Of a DNA stretch of 64,000 nucleotides, positions 1-11,369 are shown one piece after another (position 1 is the stretch's first letter; every line of letters starts with the position of its first letter). Source of the stretch: Clostridia bacterium (lineage in GTDB: Bacteria; Bacillota; Clostridia; Oscillospirales; CAG-272); contig JAFTOB010000025.1 of the NCBI GenBank assembly GCA_017451545.1, positions 3,721 through 67,720 of the forward strand, in the 5' to 3' direction. The notes under the pieces were generated by a model. That model made no database searches and was not told the DNA's origin. It saw nothing but the letters and a program-made list of their open reading frames with translations. The position numbers were made by a program, and so were the translations under genes.

Positions 1-1950
<1,950 letters not shown>

Positions 1951-1955
1951 TTATG

Positions 1956-2025
1956 ATATAATTATATTACATCAAAAGGCATTTTTCAATATAATTATGT
2001 TGCAATTAATATAATTATATTGCAA
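1956..2025. promoter_or_regulatory. three ~17-bp direct repeats in the divergent GH2/AraC intergenic region (candidate AraC-type operator half-sites)
   Basis: ATATAATTATATTACAT (1956-1972), ATATAATTATGTTGCAA (1989-2005) and ATATAATTATATTGCAA (2009-2025). The last two are spaced 20 bp start to start. Confidence 0.4.
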
Positions 2026-2036
2026 GAAAGGATCTT

Positions 2037-2816
2037 ATGAAAACAAAGATATATACCGAAGATCAATTATCGTTTTTTCCTCTCTACCTCACCACCGTGG
2101 GCGTTGAATACAAGCAATATCATCTGAAAAGGCCGGACGGTTACATGAGGCATCAGATATTTCTTGTAAATTCGGGCAACGGCTTTCTGAAGATCGGCGG
2201 CGAGTCCTTCGAAATATCGGCCAACGATCTGTTTTATATCGCATCCGACGTGCCGCACGAATATTACGGCGAGGACGAAAGCTTCAAAACCACGTATATT
2301 TCTTTTTTCGGCAGCGGCTTTGAGAGCATCAAAAGATATTACGGCCTCGGAGACTTCGGGGTCTATAAAAACAAAAGCATCGGGGCCTTTAAAATGTCTG
2401 CCGAAAAGCTCTATGACATTGTGGATAAGGTGCACGAGCTGTCCACTCTCTGCTCTCTGACCTTTTCCATCGTTATTTCATATTTTGACGAGGCCTGCAA
2501 AAAAGAGTATTCGTCTATGGAAAAAGTCCGCAACTATCTGGAGGAAAACTATTCAAAGCCCATAACCCTTGACGACGTCCTGACGGTTTACGGCCACTCA
2601 AAAACAAAGCTGTGCCGCGATTTTAAGGAAAAATATAATATGACCGTATTCGAAATGCTGACGGGTATACGCCTCCGCCACGCACATAATATGATAAATA
2701 TAAATCCGAATATTGCGCTAAAAAACGTCGCAACCTACTGCGGCTTCACCGACGTAAGCTATTTTTGTAAAATGTACAAGCGGTTTTTCGGATACAGCCC
2801 CAAATCACACGGTTAA
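2037..2816 (+). CDS. AraC family transcriptional regulator (cupin sensor plus C-terminal HTH)
   Basis: 259 aa. The C-terminus is a typical AraC HTH (ITLDDVLTVYGHSKTKLCRDFKEKYNMTVFEML...VATYCGFTDVSYFCKMYKRFFGYSP). It is divergent from the GH2 gene. Confidence 0.85.
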   Translation: MKTKIYTEDQLSFFPLYLTTVGVEYKQYHLKRPDGYMRHQIFLVNSGNGFLKIGGESFEISANDLFYIASDVPHEYYGEDESFKTTYISFFGSGFESIKRYYGLGDFGVYKNKSIGAFKMSAEKLYDIVDKVHELSTLCSLTFSIVISYFDEACKKEYSSMEKVRNYLEENYSKPITLDDVLTVYGHSKTKLCRDFKEKYNMTVFEMLTGIRLRHAHNMININPNIALKNVATYCGFTDVSYFCKMYKRFFGYSPKSHG

Positions 2817-2849
2817 AAATACGGAGCGGAAATTCCGCTCCGTATTTTT
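2815..2849. terminator. bidirectional rho-independent terminator between convergent AraC and spoVT
   Basis: AAAAATACGGAGCGG-aaatt-CCGCTCCGTATTTTT: a perfect 15-bp stem flanked by A and T runs. Confidence 0.7.
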
Positions 2850-3402
2850 AACTTTCAAGCTGCTTTCCGAGGAAGGATGCGGCGGTCTGCACCAGCTTGG
2901 TTTCAAGCTCGGTGGCAGGCTCGGCGGTGTGACTGCCCGAGGCATCAACCACGGAGGCCACGCAGCCTATAATATCGCCCTCTGTGAGTATGGGCATGGC
3001 ACAGCTCAGAAAATGGGATCTTCCGTCGGCTATGACGGGCAGTCTTTCGCTCGCGTCGCGGCGCACGTAAAGATTGCGCGAGGCGATGATCTGCTCAAGC
3101 TCGTCGGACAGAGTCTTGTCGTTGTACTCCTTCCTCGGCACGCCCGAGCAGGCAATGACCGCATCGCGGTCGCAGATCACCACGGCCATATTGCAGGTCT
3201 TGTGCAGGGTCTCTGCGTACTGCGAGGCGAATGACGCAAGCTCGCCGATAGGCGAATATTTCTTGAAAATGACCTCACCCTCGCGGTCGGTGTAGATCTC
3301 CAGCGGGTCTCCCTCGCGGATACGCATGGTTCTTCTTATTTCTTTCGGGATCACGACACGTCCGAGGTCGTCGATCCGTCTTACAATTCCGGTTGCTTTC
3401 AT
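2848..3402 (-). CDS. spoVT: stage V sporulation protein T (AbrB-type SpoVT regulator)
   Basis: 184 aa. The N-terminus MKATGIVRRIDDLGRVVIPKEIRRTMRIREGDPLEIY is the SpoVT/AbrB swapped-hairpin motif, followed by a GAF-like C-terminal domain of SpoVT length. Confidence 0.85.
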   Translation of the reverse strand: MKATGIVRRIDDLGRVVIPKEIRRTMRIREGDPLEIYTDREGEVIFKKYSPIGELASFASQYAETLHKTCNMAVVICDRDAVIACSGVPRKEYNDKTLSDELEQIIASRNLYVRRDASERLPVIADGRSHFLSCAMPILTEGDIIGCVASVVDASGSHTAEPATELETKLVQTAASFLGKQLES

Positions 3403-3489
3403 ATATAAAATCTCCTTGATTTACAGATTGGTGATGTTAGTATCTGCAAAAGAGGGAGATTTATACTTTTATATTTATTTTTTAAAATG

Positions 3490-3702
3490 TCAACTCGGTT
3501 TTCTTCCGATCAGCATACCGACGGCGTTGCCGCGGGCGATGATCCTGCCGTAAAAATCCGTGGTCACGTCACGGCTCTTGCGGTAGTAGCCGACGATAAA
3601 GCGGCTCTGCCAATCCTGAACCTTAATATCCCCGTTATCCTCGTAGGTTAAAATCGAAATAGGGCGGTATGCCGCATCCTTGATAGTCTCTGTTCTTGCC
3701 AC
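3490..3702 (-). CDS. hypothetical small protein (70 aa)
   Basis: GTG start 5 nt after AAGGAGAAGG. Composition looks coding. No family recognised. Confidence 0.45.
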   Translation of the reverse strand: MARTETIKDAAYRPISILTYEDNGDIKVQDWQSRFIVGYYRKSRDVTTDFYGRIIARGNAVGMLIGRKPS

Positions 3703-3826
3703 GATCCTTCTCCTTACGGTTTGATGTTTTCATTATATCATACGCATACGAATTTTGCAAGTTTTTTATTAAAATGCGTGCTAAAGGCATATTTTCGGTA
3801 ACTCGCAGGCTTTTCACACAAAAATA

Positions 3827-3855
3827 TTGAAAAATGCGCGAAATTGTGGTATCAT
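3827..3855 (+). promoter_or_regulatory. sigma-A type promoter
   Basis: TTGAAA-N17-TATCAT with a TG at -15/-14, about 30 nt upstream of ATG 3886. Confidence 0.5.
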
Positions 3856-3885
3856 ATTATTGAAAAATACTATGGGGAGGCTTAT

Positions 3886-4977
3886 ATGGGTTCTTGGGGC
3901 GTTGGGCTTTATTCCAATGACATAGGGTGTGACATTCGGGATGACTGTGCCGAAATATATCCTTTACTGGGCGAGGAACGCGGCACGGCTGCCGTCCTTG
4001 AAGAATACCGCGACATCCTTTGCGGCGAGCCGGATAACGAAAGTGCAAATTTTTGGTTTGCGCTTGCCGATTGGCAGTGGAAGCACGGCATACTCTCCCC
4101 TTTGGTAAAGGAAACGGCGCTTTCGCTTATTGACGCGCGTGTGGGTTTGGACGAATGGATCGAATCGGGCACGCCTACCGACGTAAAGAAACGAATTGAA
4201 GTTACAGAAAAGCTCCGTGCTCAATTACTATCTCCGCAACCGCAAAAAAAGATCCCAAAGCCTAAAATAGCGAAGCCCAAGCACAAACGCGGCGATATTA
4301 TAATCTTCCGCACCTGCGGCAAGGATTTTGAGTATGCCGAAACGGTTTGGAATATAGAGCATTGCACGGATCGCCTTACCTTCGCGCCGGATATATCCGA
4401 CAAAGTCAGCTCCGTTCTCTCTCCCCCATATGAAGCATACGGTAAATATTTAGCCATAATTTGCGTTGGAACAGAGAAAGAGCTACACTCCAAATACGCG
4501 CCCGACATATTCGACGAACGAAGCATTTATGCGTTTTACGATTTTATATCCGACGAAAAGCCGACTCTTGACGATCTCGGGCGTTGCGGCTTTTTGCCCA
4601 TGCATTTCAGATATTCACCCGACTCGCCCGACAGTCTGAGCTACGGTTGGAAATACACGTTCTCTCTATATACATACGGCTTCAGGATATCAAACCGTTC
4701 ATCCGAGAAAGCTATTGAAAAGATTTTTTGCGCCGATGAGGCCGAAAGATTCTACGGTTTGTTTAGCAAAAAGGATTATTGCAGCGAAAGCACGTCTTGT
4801 ATGGAGCTTTTTGATGCCTTCTCCGATTTTTTCGAAGAAAAGGCAAGACTTGGCGCGGCCGGTGTGGCATACGATAATCTTCTTGATCCGCGCATAAAGA
4901 ACCCTCCGCTTCGCTCCGACAAGGAGTTCGCTCGGGCTTGGCGCGAAGAAGTAAAGCGCGAGGAGGAAATGATCTGA
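3886..4977 (+). CDS. hypothetical protein with DUF4259-like N-terminus
   Basis: Track ORF 3844 trimmed to the ATG at 3886 (GGGGAGG RBS). The N-terminus MGSWGVGLYSNDIGCDIRDD resembles the DUF4259 signature. The stop overlaps the dinB start (TGATGA). Confidence 0.6.
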   Translation: MGSWGVGLYSNDIGCDIRDDCAEIYPLLGEERGTAAVLEEYRDILCGEPDNESANFWFALADWQWKHGILSPLVKETALSLIDARVGLDEWIESGTPTDVKKRIEVTEKLRAQLLSPQPQKKIPKPKIAKPKHKRGDIIIFRTCGKDFEYAETVWNIEHCTDRLTFAPDISDKVSSVLSPPYEAYGKYLAIICVGTEKELHSKYAPDIFDERSIYAFYDFISDEKPTLDDLGRCGFLPMHFRYSPDSPDSLSYGWKYTFSLYTYGFRISNRSSEKAIEKIFCADEAERFYGLFSKKDYCSESTSCMELFDAFSDFFEEKARLGAAGVAYDNLLDPRIKNPPLRSDKEFARAWREEVKREEEMI

Positions 4978-6233
4978 TGAGCAGGCTGATATTTCATATT
5001 GACGTCAACAGCGCATTTCTTTCCTGGGAGGCGGCGCGGAGAGTGGCTCGGGGAGAGGATGATATCCGTCTGATACCGTCGGCCATAGGCGGCGACCGCG
5101 ACAAGCGGCGCGGGGTCATTCTGGCAAAGTCCATCCCCGCGAAGAAATACGGCATCAAGACGGGCGAGCCCGTGGGCATGGCGCTGAGCAAATGCCCTTC
5201 CCTTTTCCTCGCCAAGCCCGACTTTCGGCTTTATCAGAAATGCTCGTCGGCCTTTATCGCCGTTTGCAAAAAGTACGCGCCCGTGGTAGAGCAGTTCTCC
5301 ATCGACGAGTGCTTTCTCGATATGAGCGGCACCCGCAGGCTCTATCCCGACCCCGTGGCCATCGCCCATAAGATCAAGGACGAGATCCGTGACACCCTCG
5401 GCTTTACGGTGAACGTGGGCATCGGCCCCAACAAGCTGCTGGCCAAAATGGCAAGCGACTTTGAAAAGCCCGACCGCGTTCACACTCTTTTCCCCGAGGA
5501 GCTGGCCGAAAAATTCCATCCCCTGCCCGTCCGCGACCTTTTTGCCGTGGGCGCATCCACGGCAGACAAGCTGCAAGGGCTGGGTATCAAGACCATCGGC
5601 GAGCTTGCGCATCTTGATCTGCCCTCGCTTCAGGCCATCGTGGGCAACAAGTTCGGCATTCAGCTTTACAATTTTTCCCGCGGCATCGACGACTCGCCCG
5701 TTGAAAGCGAGCCCCACGAGGCCAAGGGCTACAGCAATTCCGTGACCCTTGAAAAGGACGTGGTCAGCATTGAGCAGGCAAACCCCATTCTGCTGGCACT
5801 CTGCGACAGCGTCAGCACCCGTATGCGCGCCGACGGCGTTAAGACCACCTGCGTGGCCGTTACCATTCGCTCGGACAAGTTCAAGAACAGCTCGCGCCAA
5901 CGAACGCTTGACAGCCCCACCGACATTACGGGCGACATCTACGCCATAGCAAAGAGCATCTTTGCCTCCCTTTGGGATCGCCGCACGCCCTTGCGGCTTC
6001 TCGGCGTGGGGCTGACGGGCATCACCGACGGTGAGGACGTTCAGCTCTCACTCTTCTCCGAGGTCGATGACGGCAAGAAGGAAAAGGACCGCCGCGTTGA
6101 CCGCGCGGTGGACGAGATACGCAGCCGCTTCGGCGCCGACAAGCTCATGCGCGGCACCACCTACGGCGCGCACATAACCGTGGGCAAAAAGCACAGCGCG
6201 CAAATTGAGGAAATTAAGGGCAAAAAGGAATAA
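4977..6233 (+). CDS. dinB: DNA polymerase IV (Y-family)
   Basis: MSRLIFHIDVNSAFLSWE..., SIDECFLDMSG and LLAKMASDFEKPD are classic DinB/ImpB motifs. The ATG at 4977 is preferred over the TTG at 4938. Confidence 0.9.
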   Translation: MSRLIFHIDVNSAFLSWEAARRVARGEDDIRLIPSAIGGDRDKRRGVILAKSIPAKKYGIKTGEPVGMALSKCPSLFLAKPDFRLYQKCSSAFIAVCKKYAPVVEQFSIDECFLDMSGTRRLYPDPVAIAHKIKDEIRDTLGFTVNVGIGPNKLLAKMASDFEKPDRVHTLFPEELAEKFHPLPVRDLFAVGASTADKLQGLGIKTIGELAHLDLPSLQAIVGNKFGIQLYNFSRGIDDSPVESEPHEAKGYSNSVTLEKDVVSIEQANPILLALCDSVSTRMRADGVKTTCVAVTIRSDKFKNSSRQRTLDSPTDITGDIYAIAKSIFASLWDRRTPLRLLGVGLTGITDGEDVQLSLFSEVDDGKKEKDRRVDRAVDEIRSRFGADKLMRGTTYGAHITVGKKHSAQIEEIKGKKE

Positions 6234-6328
6234 TCAACACCCGAGTGATACAATATCCGCAAAGAGTGCTTGATTATTCCTTTTTTATCTGCTATAATAA
6301 ATTAACGAAATGCATTTTGGAGGTAAAA

Positions 6329-7075
6329 ATGGAAGCCGGATTTATACGCGAGATCATTTTTGACTCTTCCCTGCCGCAGGGCTCTTATCTTCTCGGTCTG
6401 CCCGCAATAAAGCATCTCTCGGATGCGGGGAGGCTGACCTTTTCGTCTGCCGTCACCTTTTTCGTGGGCGAGAACGGCACGGGAAAGTCAACCCTGCTTG
6501 AGGCCATAGCCGTGGCCTTCGGCTTTAATGCGGAGGGCGGCTCGCGCAATTTCAATTTTGCCACCGCGAGCACACATTCCGAGCTTTTTGAGCATATCAC
6601 TCTCGTAAAGAGCCTTCAGCGGCCGCGCGACGGTTTTTTCCTGCGCGCCGAGAGCCTTTACAACGTGGCGACCAATATCGAAGATCTGGACAATGCGCCC
6701 GGCTTTTCGCGAAAAATAGTCGAAAGCTTCGGCGGAGTTTCGCTTCACAAGCAATCTCACGGCGAGAGCTTTTTGTCCATTGTTCAGAACCGTTTTAAGG
6801 GTAACGGACTTTATATTATTGACGAGCCCGAGGCCGCGCTCTCTCCCATGAGGCTTATGACTTTGATGGCCGAGATCAATTCACTTGTGAAAAAGGGCTC
6901 GCAGTTCATAATCGCCACCCACTCGCCCATACTTATGACCCTTCCGGGTGCCGAGATAATGGAGTTCTCGCAGAACGGAATCAGAAATGTCGACTACCGT
7001 GAGACCGAGCACTATCAGATCACCAAGCGTTTTCTCGACGATCCCGATCGGATGCTGAAATATCTTCTGGAGTAA
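6329..7075 (+). CDS. stand-alone ABC/AAA-type ATPase (COG3910-like)
   Basis: The ATG at 6329 follows a GGAGG RBS. Walker A is GENGTGKSTLLEAI, Walker B is LYIIDEPEAALSP, and the H-loop is ATHSPIL. Confidence 0.75.
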   Translation: MEAGFIREIIFDSSLPQGSYLLGLPAIKHLSDAGRLTFSSAVTFFVGENGTGKSTLLEAIAVAFGFNAEGGSRNFNFATASTHSELFEHITLVKSLQRPRDGFFLRAESLYNVATNIEDLDNAPGFSRKIVESFGGVSLHKQSHGESFLSIVQNRFKGNGLYIIDEPEAALSPMRLMTLMAEINSLVKKGSQFIIATHSPILMTLPGAEIMEFSQNGIRNVDYRETEHYQITKRFLDDPDRMLKYLLE

Positions 7076-7126
7076 AAATTTCAAAATAAAGGACGGCTTT
7101 CCGAAACAAAGGCCACATACTTAAAT

Positions 7127-8665
7127 ATGAAGCTTAAAATTTCCGAAAACATCAAAAATCTCAGAATATCAAAGGGGCTCACGCAGAGCGAGCTTGCTCT
7201 GCTCCTATCGGTCACGCCTCAATCGGTCAGCCGCTGGGAAAACGGTCAGGCCTACCCCGATATGGAGACTTTGCCGCTTTTATCGAACATCTTCGGCGTC
7301 AGCTACGACGAGCTTATGGGTGCCACCCATTACGACACCGAGAAGCTGAGAAGATCCTTTTTCAGGCTGAAATATGAGGCCTCCCTCTCTCCGAGCTACG
7401 AGACCGAGCTTCGTGCACTTCAGATCGGTGAAGAGCTCACAAAAAGAGACCCCAAGTTTCTTGTCACCTATTTCCCCTTCCTTGTCTCCTTCAAAGAAAA
7501 ATACGGTGAGATCACCGAAACTCAAATACGCGACGCAAGAGCTCGGATGCGCCAATGTTTAAGAGAAAGCGATTTTTCAACTAAAATTTATTCGCTTTAC
7601 GATATAGTGGCCTATGAAAATGACGCCGAGCTTGAGGTCTGGAAGGATGAATATGCTCTGCCCTATTATTATCGACATCTTGATTTTTGGGATGAGCTGC
7701 TTCTTTTCAGATATTATTCGAAGCACGATGCGGAAAACCACGAAAAAACAAGCGAGAAGATAATATTTGAAAAGCTCGGCAGGGCCATAAGCCTGCTTTC
7801 CTGCTATGAGCTTTGCGCTCCCGATGAAAGATGGGCAGATCTGAAGCCGCTGCAAAATCACAAGGCCGCGCTCGACATGATAAACCTTTATTCAAGCCGA
7901 TTTGATGATATTTTTTGCATGATCCGCACCGTCACCGAATTCCGCTATGCCCTTTCGCTTTTTGAAAACGGGCTTGACGAGGAGGGCTTTTCGATGCTCG
8001 AAACCGTGAAGGAGCACGTCAGCACCCTTTGCGATATGCCCGACGGCAAGCTTTTGTACGGCTCTGTTCCGCCTCTTGAAAAAGCTTTTATCAAGCTGGA
8101 GAAATCGAAGTTTTACACCGACCAATGTCTTATGAATATAATGGGAACAGACAAAAATCCAAGGTACGGCAGGCTCTCGGAGAATCGCAGATTCGTTGAA
8201 TTTTTTGAATACGTCAACTCGTTGGGACCCAAAAAGGGCGGGAGCATCTGCAATGACGAACATACCGACCTCATCGACGAAAGCGAGTGGGAGCCCCTGC
8301 TTTCCCTCGCACGGAAGAAATGCCCCGATAAAAAGGATGGGTCGGCCGTGATCGCCAAGAGCTGCGGCGGCAATTATTATTCGTTTGTTTATGACAATAT
8401 TTCGGATGCGTCCGAGGCTGATGGCTTTCTCAAAACGCTCGTTGGGCAGCTTGAGAGTCCGCAAGACACAAAGATCGAAAAGCTCGTCTGTATGTGGCAC
8501 GGCGGGGCTGTCGATCTGCCGTCTTTTGCTCTGCGCGATATGCTTTGCAGATTGAATCCCGATAACCTTGATGCGGATATTCTTGTTTTAACTCGTCGGG
8601 GCTTATCGACCAAAAAGCTTTGGCAGACCATGCGCCGGGGCTATAAAGAAAAATTCGGGGACTGA
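7127..8665 (+). CDS. XRE-family HTH transcriptional regulator with a large (~440 aa) uncharacterised C-terminal domain
   Basis: The N-terminus IKNLRISKGLTQSELALLLSVTPQSVSRWENGQAYPD is an HTH_3 motif. The remainder has no recognisable motif. Confidence 0.75.
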   Translation: MKLKISENIKNLRISKGLTQSELALLLSVTPQSVSRWENGQAYPDMETLPLLSNIFGVSYDELMGATHYDTEKLRRSFFRLKYEASLSPSYETELRALQIGEELTKRDPKFLVTYFPFLVSFKEKYGEITETQIRDARARMRQCLRESDFSTKIYSLYDIVAYENDAELEVWKDEYALPYYYRHLDFWDELLLFRYYSKHDAENHEKTSEKIIFEKLGRAISLLSCYELCAPDERWADLKPLQNHKAALDMINLYSSRFDDIFCMIRTVTEFRYALSLFENGLDEEGFSMLETVKEHVSTLCDMPDGKLLYGSVPPLEKAFIKLEKSKFYTDQCLMNIMGTDKNPRYGRLSENRRFVEFFEYVNSLGPKKGGSICNDEHTDLIDESEWEPLLSLARKKCPDKKDGSAVIAKSCGGNYYSFVYDNISDASEADGFLKTLVGQLESPQDTKIEKLVCMWHGGAVDLPSFALRDMLCRLNPDNLDADILVLTRRGLSTKKLWQTMRRGYKEKFGD

Positions 8666-8669
8666 TCAT

Positions 8670-9431
8670 TCAGTCCCCATTTCTTTTGCGGTATTCCGAG
8701 GGACGGTATCCCACGGATTTCAGAAAGGCATTGGAAAAATAGTATGCGTTGGCATAGCCGCAGGCCTCGCCAACCTGCGCCACGGGCATATCCGACTCGC
8801 AAAGCAATCTTTTGGCGAGCTTGATCCGATGCATCATAATATATTCGGTCGGGGTCATGCCAAGCTCGTTGCGGAATTTAAATATAAGCCCCGTATAGCT
8901 GAGCCCCACGCGCCTTGCAACCGCCTCCACGTCTATCTTTTCCGCCAGATTTTCGTTTATATACTCGAGGGCCTCCTCAAGCGCGCGGCTCATCCTCGGC
9001 GCGGGTGGATTTTCGGGAGCCGTAAAAATATAATTTTCAGTGATCATCCGCTCAAGCATATGGAGAAAAAGACCGTTCTTTCCCAAGGCGGCAATGCGAT
9101 CCGCGCTTTTGAGCCAAGCCCTCACCTGCTCGTGGGGAATATCCACCGCACCGGGTCGCAGAGCGAGGCAGGCGGCGTCACCCGGGTCTGCGTGAAATGA
9201 GAGCTGGTGAAAATCTATCGGCTCCAGCACGCGTCTGAAAAATTCCGTGTACGGCGGTACGTAGGCGACCTCGCCCGACCCAAAGATACGTTTTATACCG
9301 AGCGAGGGAAACTCAAGCTCAAAGCTCCCTTTTGAGAGAGCAAGAAGAATGCCCCACGGGCGTTTTCCCGAGGACAGCTCAAAGAAGCGCTTGTCCCTTC
9401 CTCCGTTATATTTTATAAGCGTCAGTTTCAT
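8670..9431 (-). CDS. AraC family transcriptional regulator
   Basis: Trimmed to the ATG at 9431 (MKLTLIKY..., GAGGGCGG RBS). The C-terminal AraC HTH is VARRVGLSYTGLIFKFRNELGMTPTEY...ACGYANAYYFSNAFLKSVGYRPSEY. Confidence 0.8.
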   Translation of the reverse strand: MKLTLIKYNGGRDKRFFELSSGKRPWGILLALSKGSFELEFPSLGIKRIFGSGEVAYVPPYTEFFRRVLEPIDFHQLSFHADPGDAACLALRPGAVDIPHEQVRAWLKSADRIAALGKNGLFLHMLERMITENYIFTAPENPPAPRMSRALEEALEYINENLAEKIDVEAVARRVGLSYTGLIFKFRNELGMTPTEYIMMHRIKLAKRLLCESDMPVAQVGEACGYANAYYFSNAFLKSVGYRPSEYRKRNGD

Positions 9432-9537
9432 AACCGCCCTCACTGTCAAATGTTATATTTTTATTATACTTTTTTACATTGAAATTGTCAATAGAAGCTG
9501 ATAAAATAAATAAAGATCTCAATTCCCGGAGGATTTT

Positions 9538-11334
9538 ATGAACTGTTCGCTTGATAAAAAAATTATAAATTGCGATGTCTGCGTTATAGGCGGCGGGCTT
9601 TCCGGCTCATTTGCCGCACTTGAGGCGGCGAGGCACGGAGCATCGGTCGTGCTGATGCAGGATCGCCCGATGCTCGGCGGAAACGCGTCATCCGAAATAC
9701 GGATGTGGGTGCGCGGCGCCAAGGGCAAATTTGACCGTGAAAGCGGTCTGATCTCCGAGCTTGAGGAGCGGAATATTCACGGCAACCCGACCCTTGTTCA
9801 CTCGCTTTTCGACGCAACTCTTTACGGGATGCTTGCCGAGAACGAAAACATCACCCTTTATCTGAACACGTCCTGCCTTGACGCCGAGTGTGACGGCGGC
9901 AGAATAACCTCGGTCACCGGCTGGCAGCTTACCACCTACACCTACGTGACCGTCAAAGCACAAATATTTATTGATTGCTCGGGCGACAGTATTCTCGCGC
10001 CGCTGGTCGGCGCAGAATACCGCCACGGCCGTGAGGCCCGTGAGGAATACGGCGAGTCGCTGGGCTGCGACAGGGCTGACACGCGAACTATGGGAATGTC
10101 GGTCCTCCTGGCGGCGCGCGAGACCGATCACCCCGTCAGCTTTACTCCCCCGCCCTTTGCCAACGTGTACCCCGACGATTCCTGCTTTGCGAGCGACGTG
10201 AGGGAGCGGGCTCACGCCCTTGTTCGTGACCACAAGATCGGCACCAGCGGCACAAATCTTTGGTGGATCGAGCTTGGCGGCGAGGGCAACAGCATCCGCG
10301 ACGTGGAACGGATTCGCGGTGAGCTACTTGCCGCCGTTTACGGCGTATGGGATCACATCAAAAATCGCGGCGATCACGGAATGGAAAATTGGGAGCTTGA
10401 ATGGGTGGGCTTTCTGCCCGGCAAGCGCGAATCCCGGCGCTACGTGGGCGACTACGTTCTGACTGAGAACGATATCAGAAGCGGCGGCCGATTTGAGGAC
10501 GAGGTTGCCTACGGCGGCTGGCCTATGGATGACCACAATCCTTACGGTATGCGAAAAAATGACGAGCTCAGCATTCCTTCGGTAGTGGTTCCCGTTACCG
10601 AGCCCTACGGTATTCCGCTTCGCTGTCTCTACTCTAAAAATATTGATAATCTTATGTTCGCGGGACGAAATATCAGCGCGACACACATCGCCCTCTCCTC
10701 CACGCGTGTAATGGCCACCTGCTCCTTGCTCGGTCAGGCGGTGGGAGCCGCGGCGACTCTCGCGGTCAGCTATAGAGTCGATCCCCGTAATATCGCAGAA
10801 GATCACACGGGCGAGGTTCAGAAAATACTTATGGATGACGGCGTTTTTCTGCCCCATATCAAGCGCGAGGTCACGCCGCTGACAAAGTCTGCGCGGCTGA
10901 ATATAAGCGACTCCGAGCGCGAGGTGCTGCTCAACGGCATTGAACGTCCTCGAAGCGAATCGGGCGAAAACGGTATTTTGCAATCGGTAGGCGACTCGCT
11001 CTGCTTTGAATTTGACTCGCCGAAGAAGATATCGGCTCTGCGCCTGCGCTTCGATCCCGATTTCGAGCGATTTTCCATCTCGGACAACAAAAAGATGCGG
11101 GTATTCGCAATGAAGCTCCACGAGGGCAAGGATTTTTCCCCCGTTCGTGTGGCCGCCACCATAGTCCGTGACTTCACGGTAATCGCCGACGGCGTTGAGG
11201 TTGCAAGCATCAAGGGCAACTTCCTCAGCCTTGTGCGCCTGCCCCTCAATGTTGAGGCACGACGTATCTGCATCCGCTGGGACGCCACCAACGGTGCAGA
11301 AAGGGTTCGTATTTTCTCTGCGGAGCTTATATAA
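9538..11334 (+). CDS. FAD-dependent oxidoreductase (FAD_oxidored family)
   Basis: The N-terminal dinucleotide fold is CDVCVIGGGLSGSFAALEAARHGASVVLMQDRPMLGGNASSE. 598 aa, divergent from the AraC gene. Confidence 0.75.
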   Translation: MNCSLDKKIINCDVCVIGGGLSGSFAALEAARHGASVVLMQDRPMLGGNASSEIRMWVRGAKGKFDRESGLISELEERNIHGNPTLVHSLFDATLYGMLAENENITLYLNTSCLDAECDGGRITSVTGWQLTTYTYVTVKAQIFIDCSGDSILAPLVGAEYRHGREAREEYGESLGCDRADTRTMGMSVLLAARETDHPVSFTPPPFANVYPDDSCFASDVRERAHALVRDHKIGTSGTNLWWIELGGEGNSIRDVERIRGELLAAVYGVWDHIKNRGDHGMENWELEWVGFLPGKRESRRYVGDYVLTENDIRSGGRFEDEVAYGGWPMDDHNPYGMRKNDELSIPSVVVPVTEPYGIPLRCLYSKNIDNLMFAGRNISATHIALSSTRVMATCSLLGQAVGAAATLAVSYRVDPRNIAEDHTGEVQKILMDDGVFLPHIKREVTPLTKSARLNISDSEREVLLNGIERPRSESGENGILQSVGDSLCFEFDSPKKISALRLRFDPDFERFSISDNKKMRVFAMKLHEGKDFSPVRVAATIVRDFTVIADGVEVASIKGNFLSLVRLPLNVEARRICIRWDATNGAERVRIFSAELI

Positions 11335-11341
11335 AAAGATT

Positions 11342-11363
11342 AAGGATGACCGACGTCATCCTT
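11342..11363. terminator. hairpin between convergent genes (probable bidirectional terminator)
   Basis: AAGGATGAC-cgac-GTCATCCTT, flanked by A-rich and T-rich sequence. Confidence 0.5.
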
Positions 11364-11369
11364 GATCTT

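Noticed and set aside
6329-8665. The stand-alone ATPase plus large XRE regulator as a possible phage-defence pair.
   Set aside because: The ATPase is a short 248-aa ABC-like protein with no nuclease, TOPRIM or helicase partner. The neighbouring gene has only an HTH and an uncharacterised domain. Nothing links them functionally, so I did not promote this to a finding.
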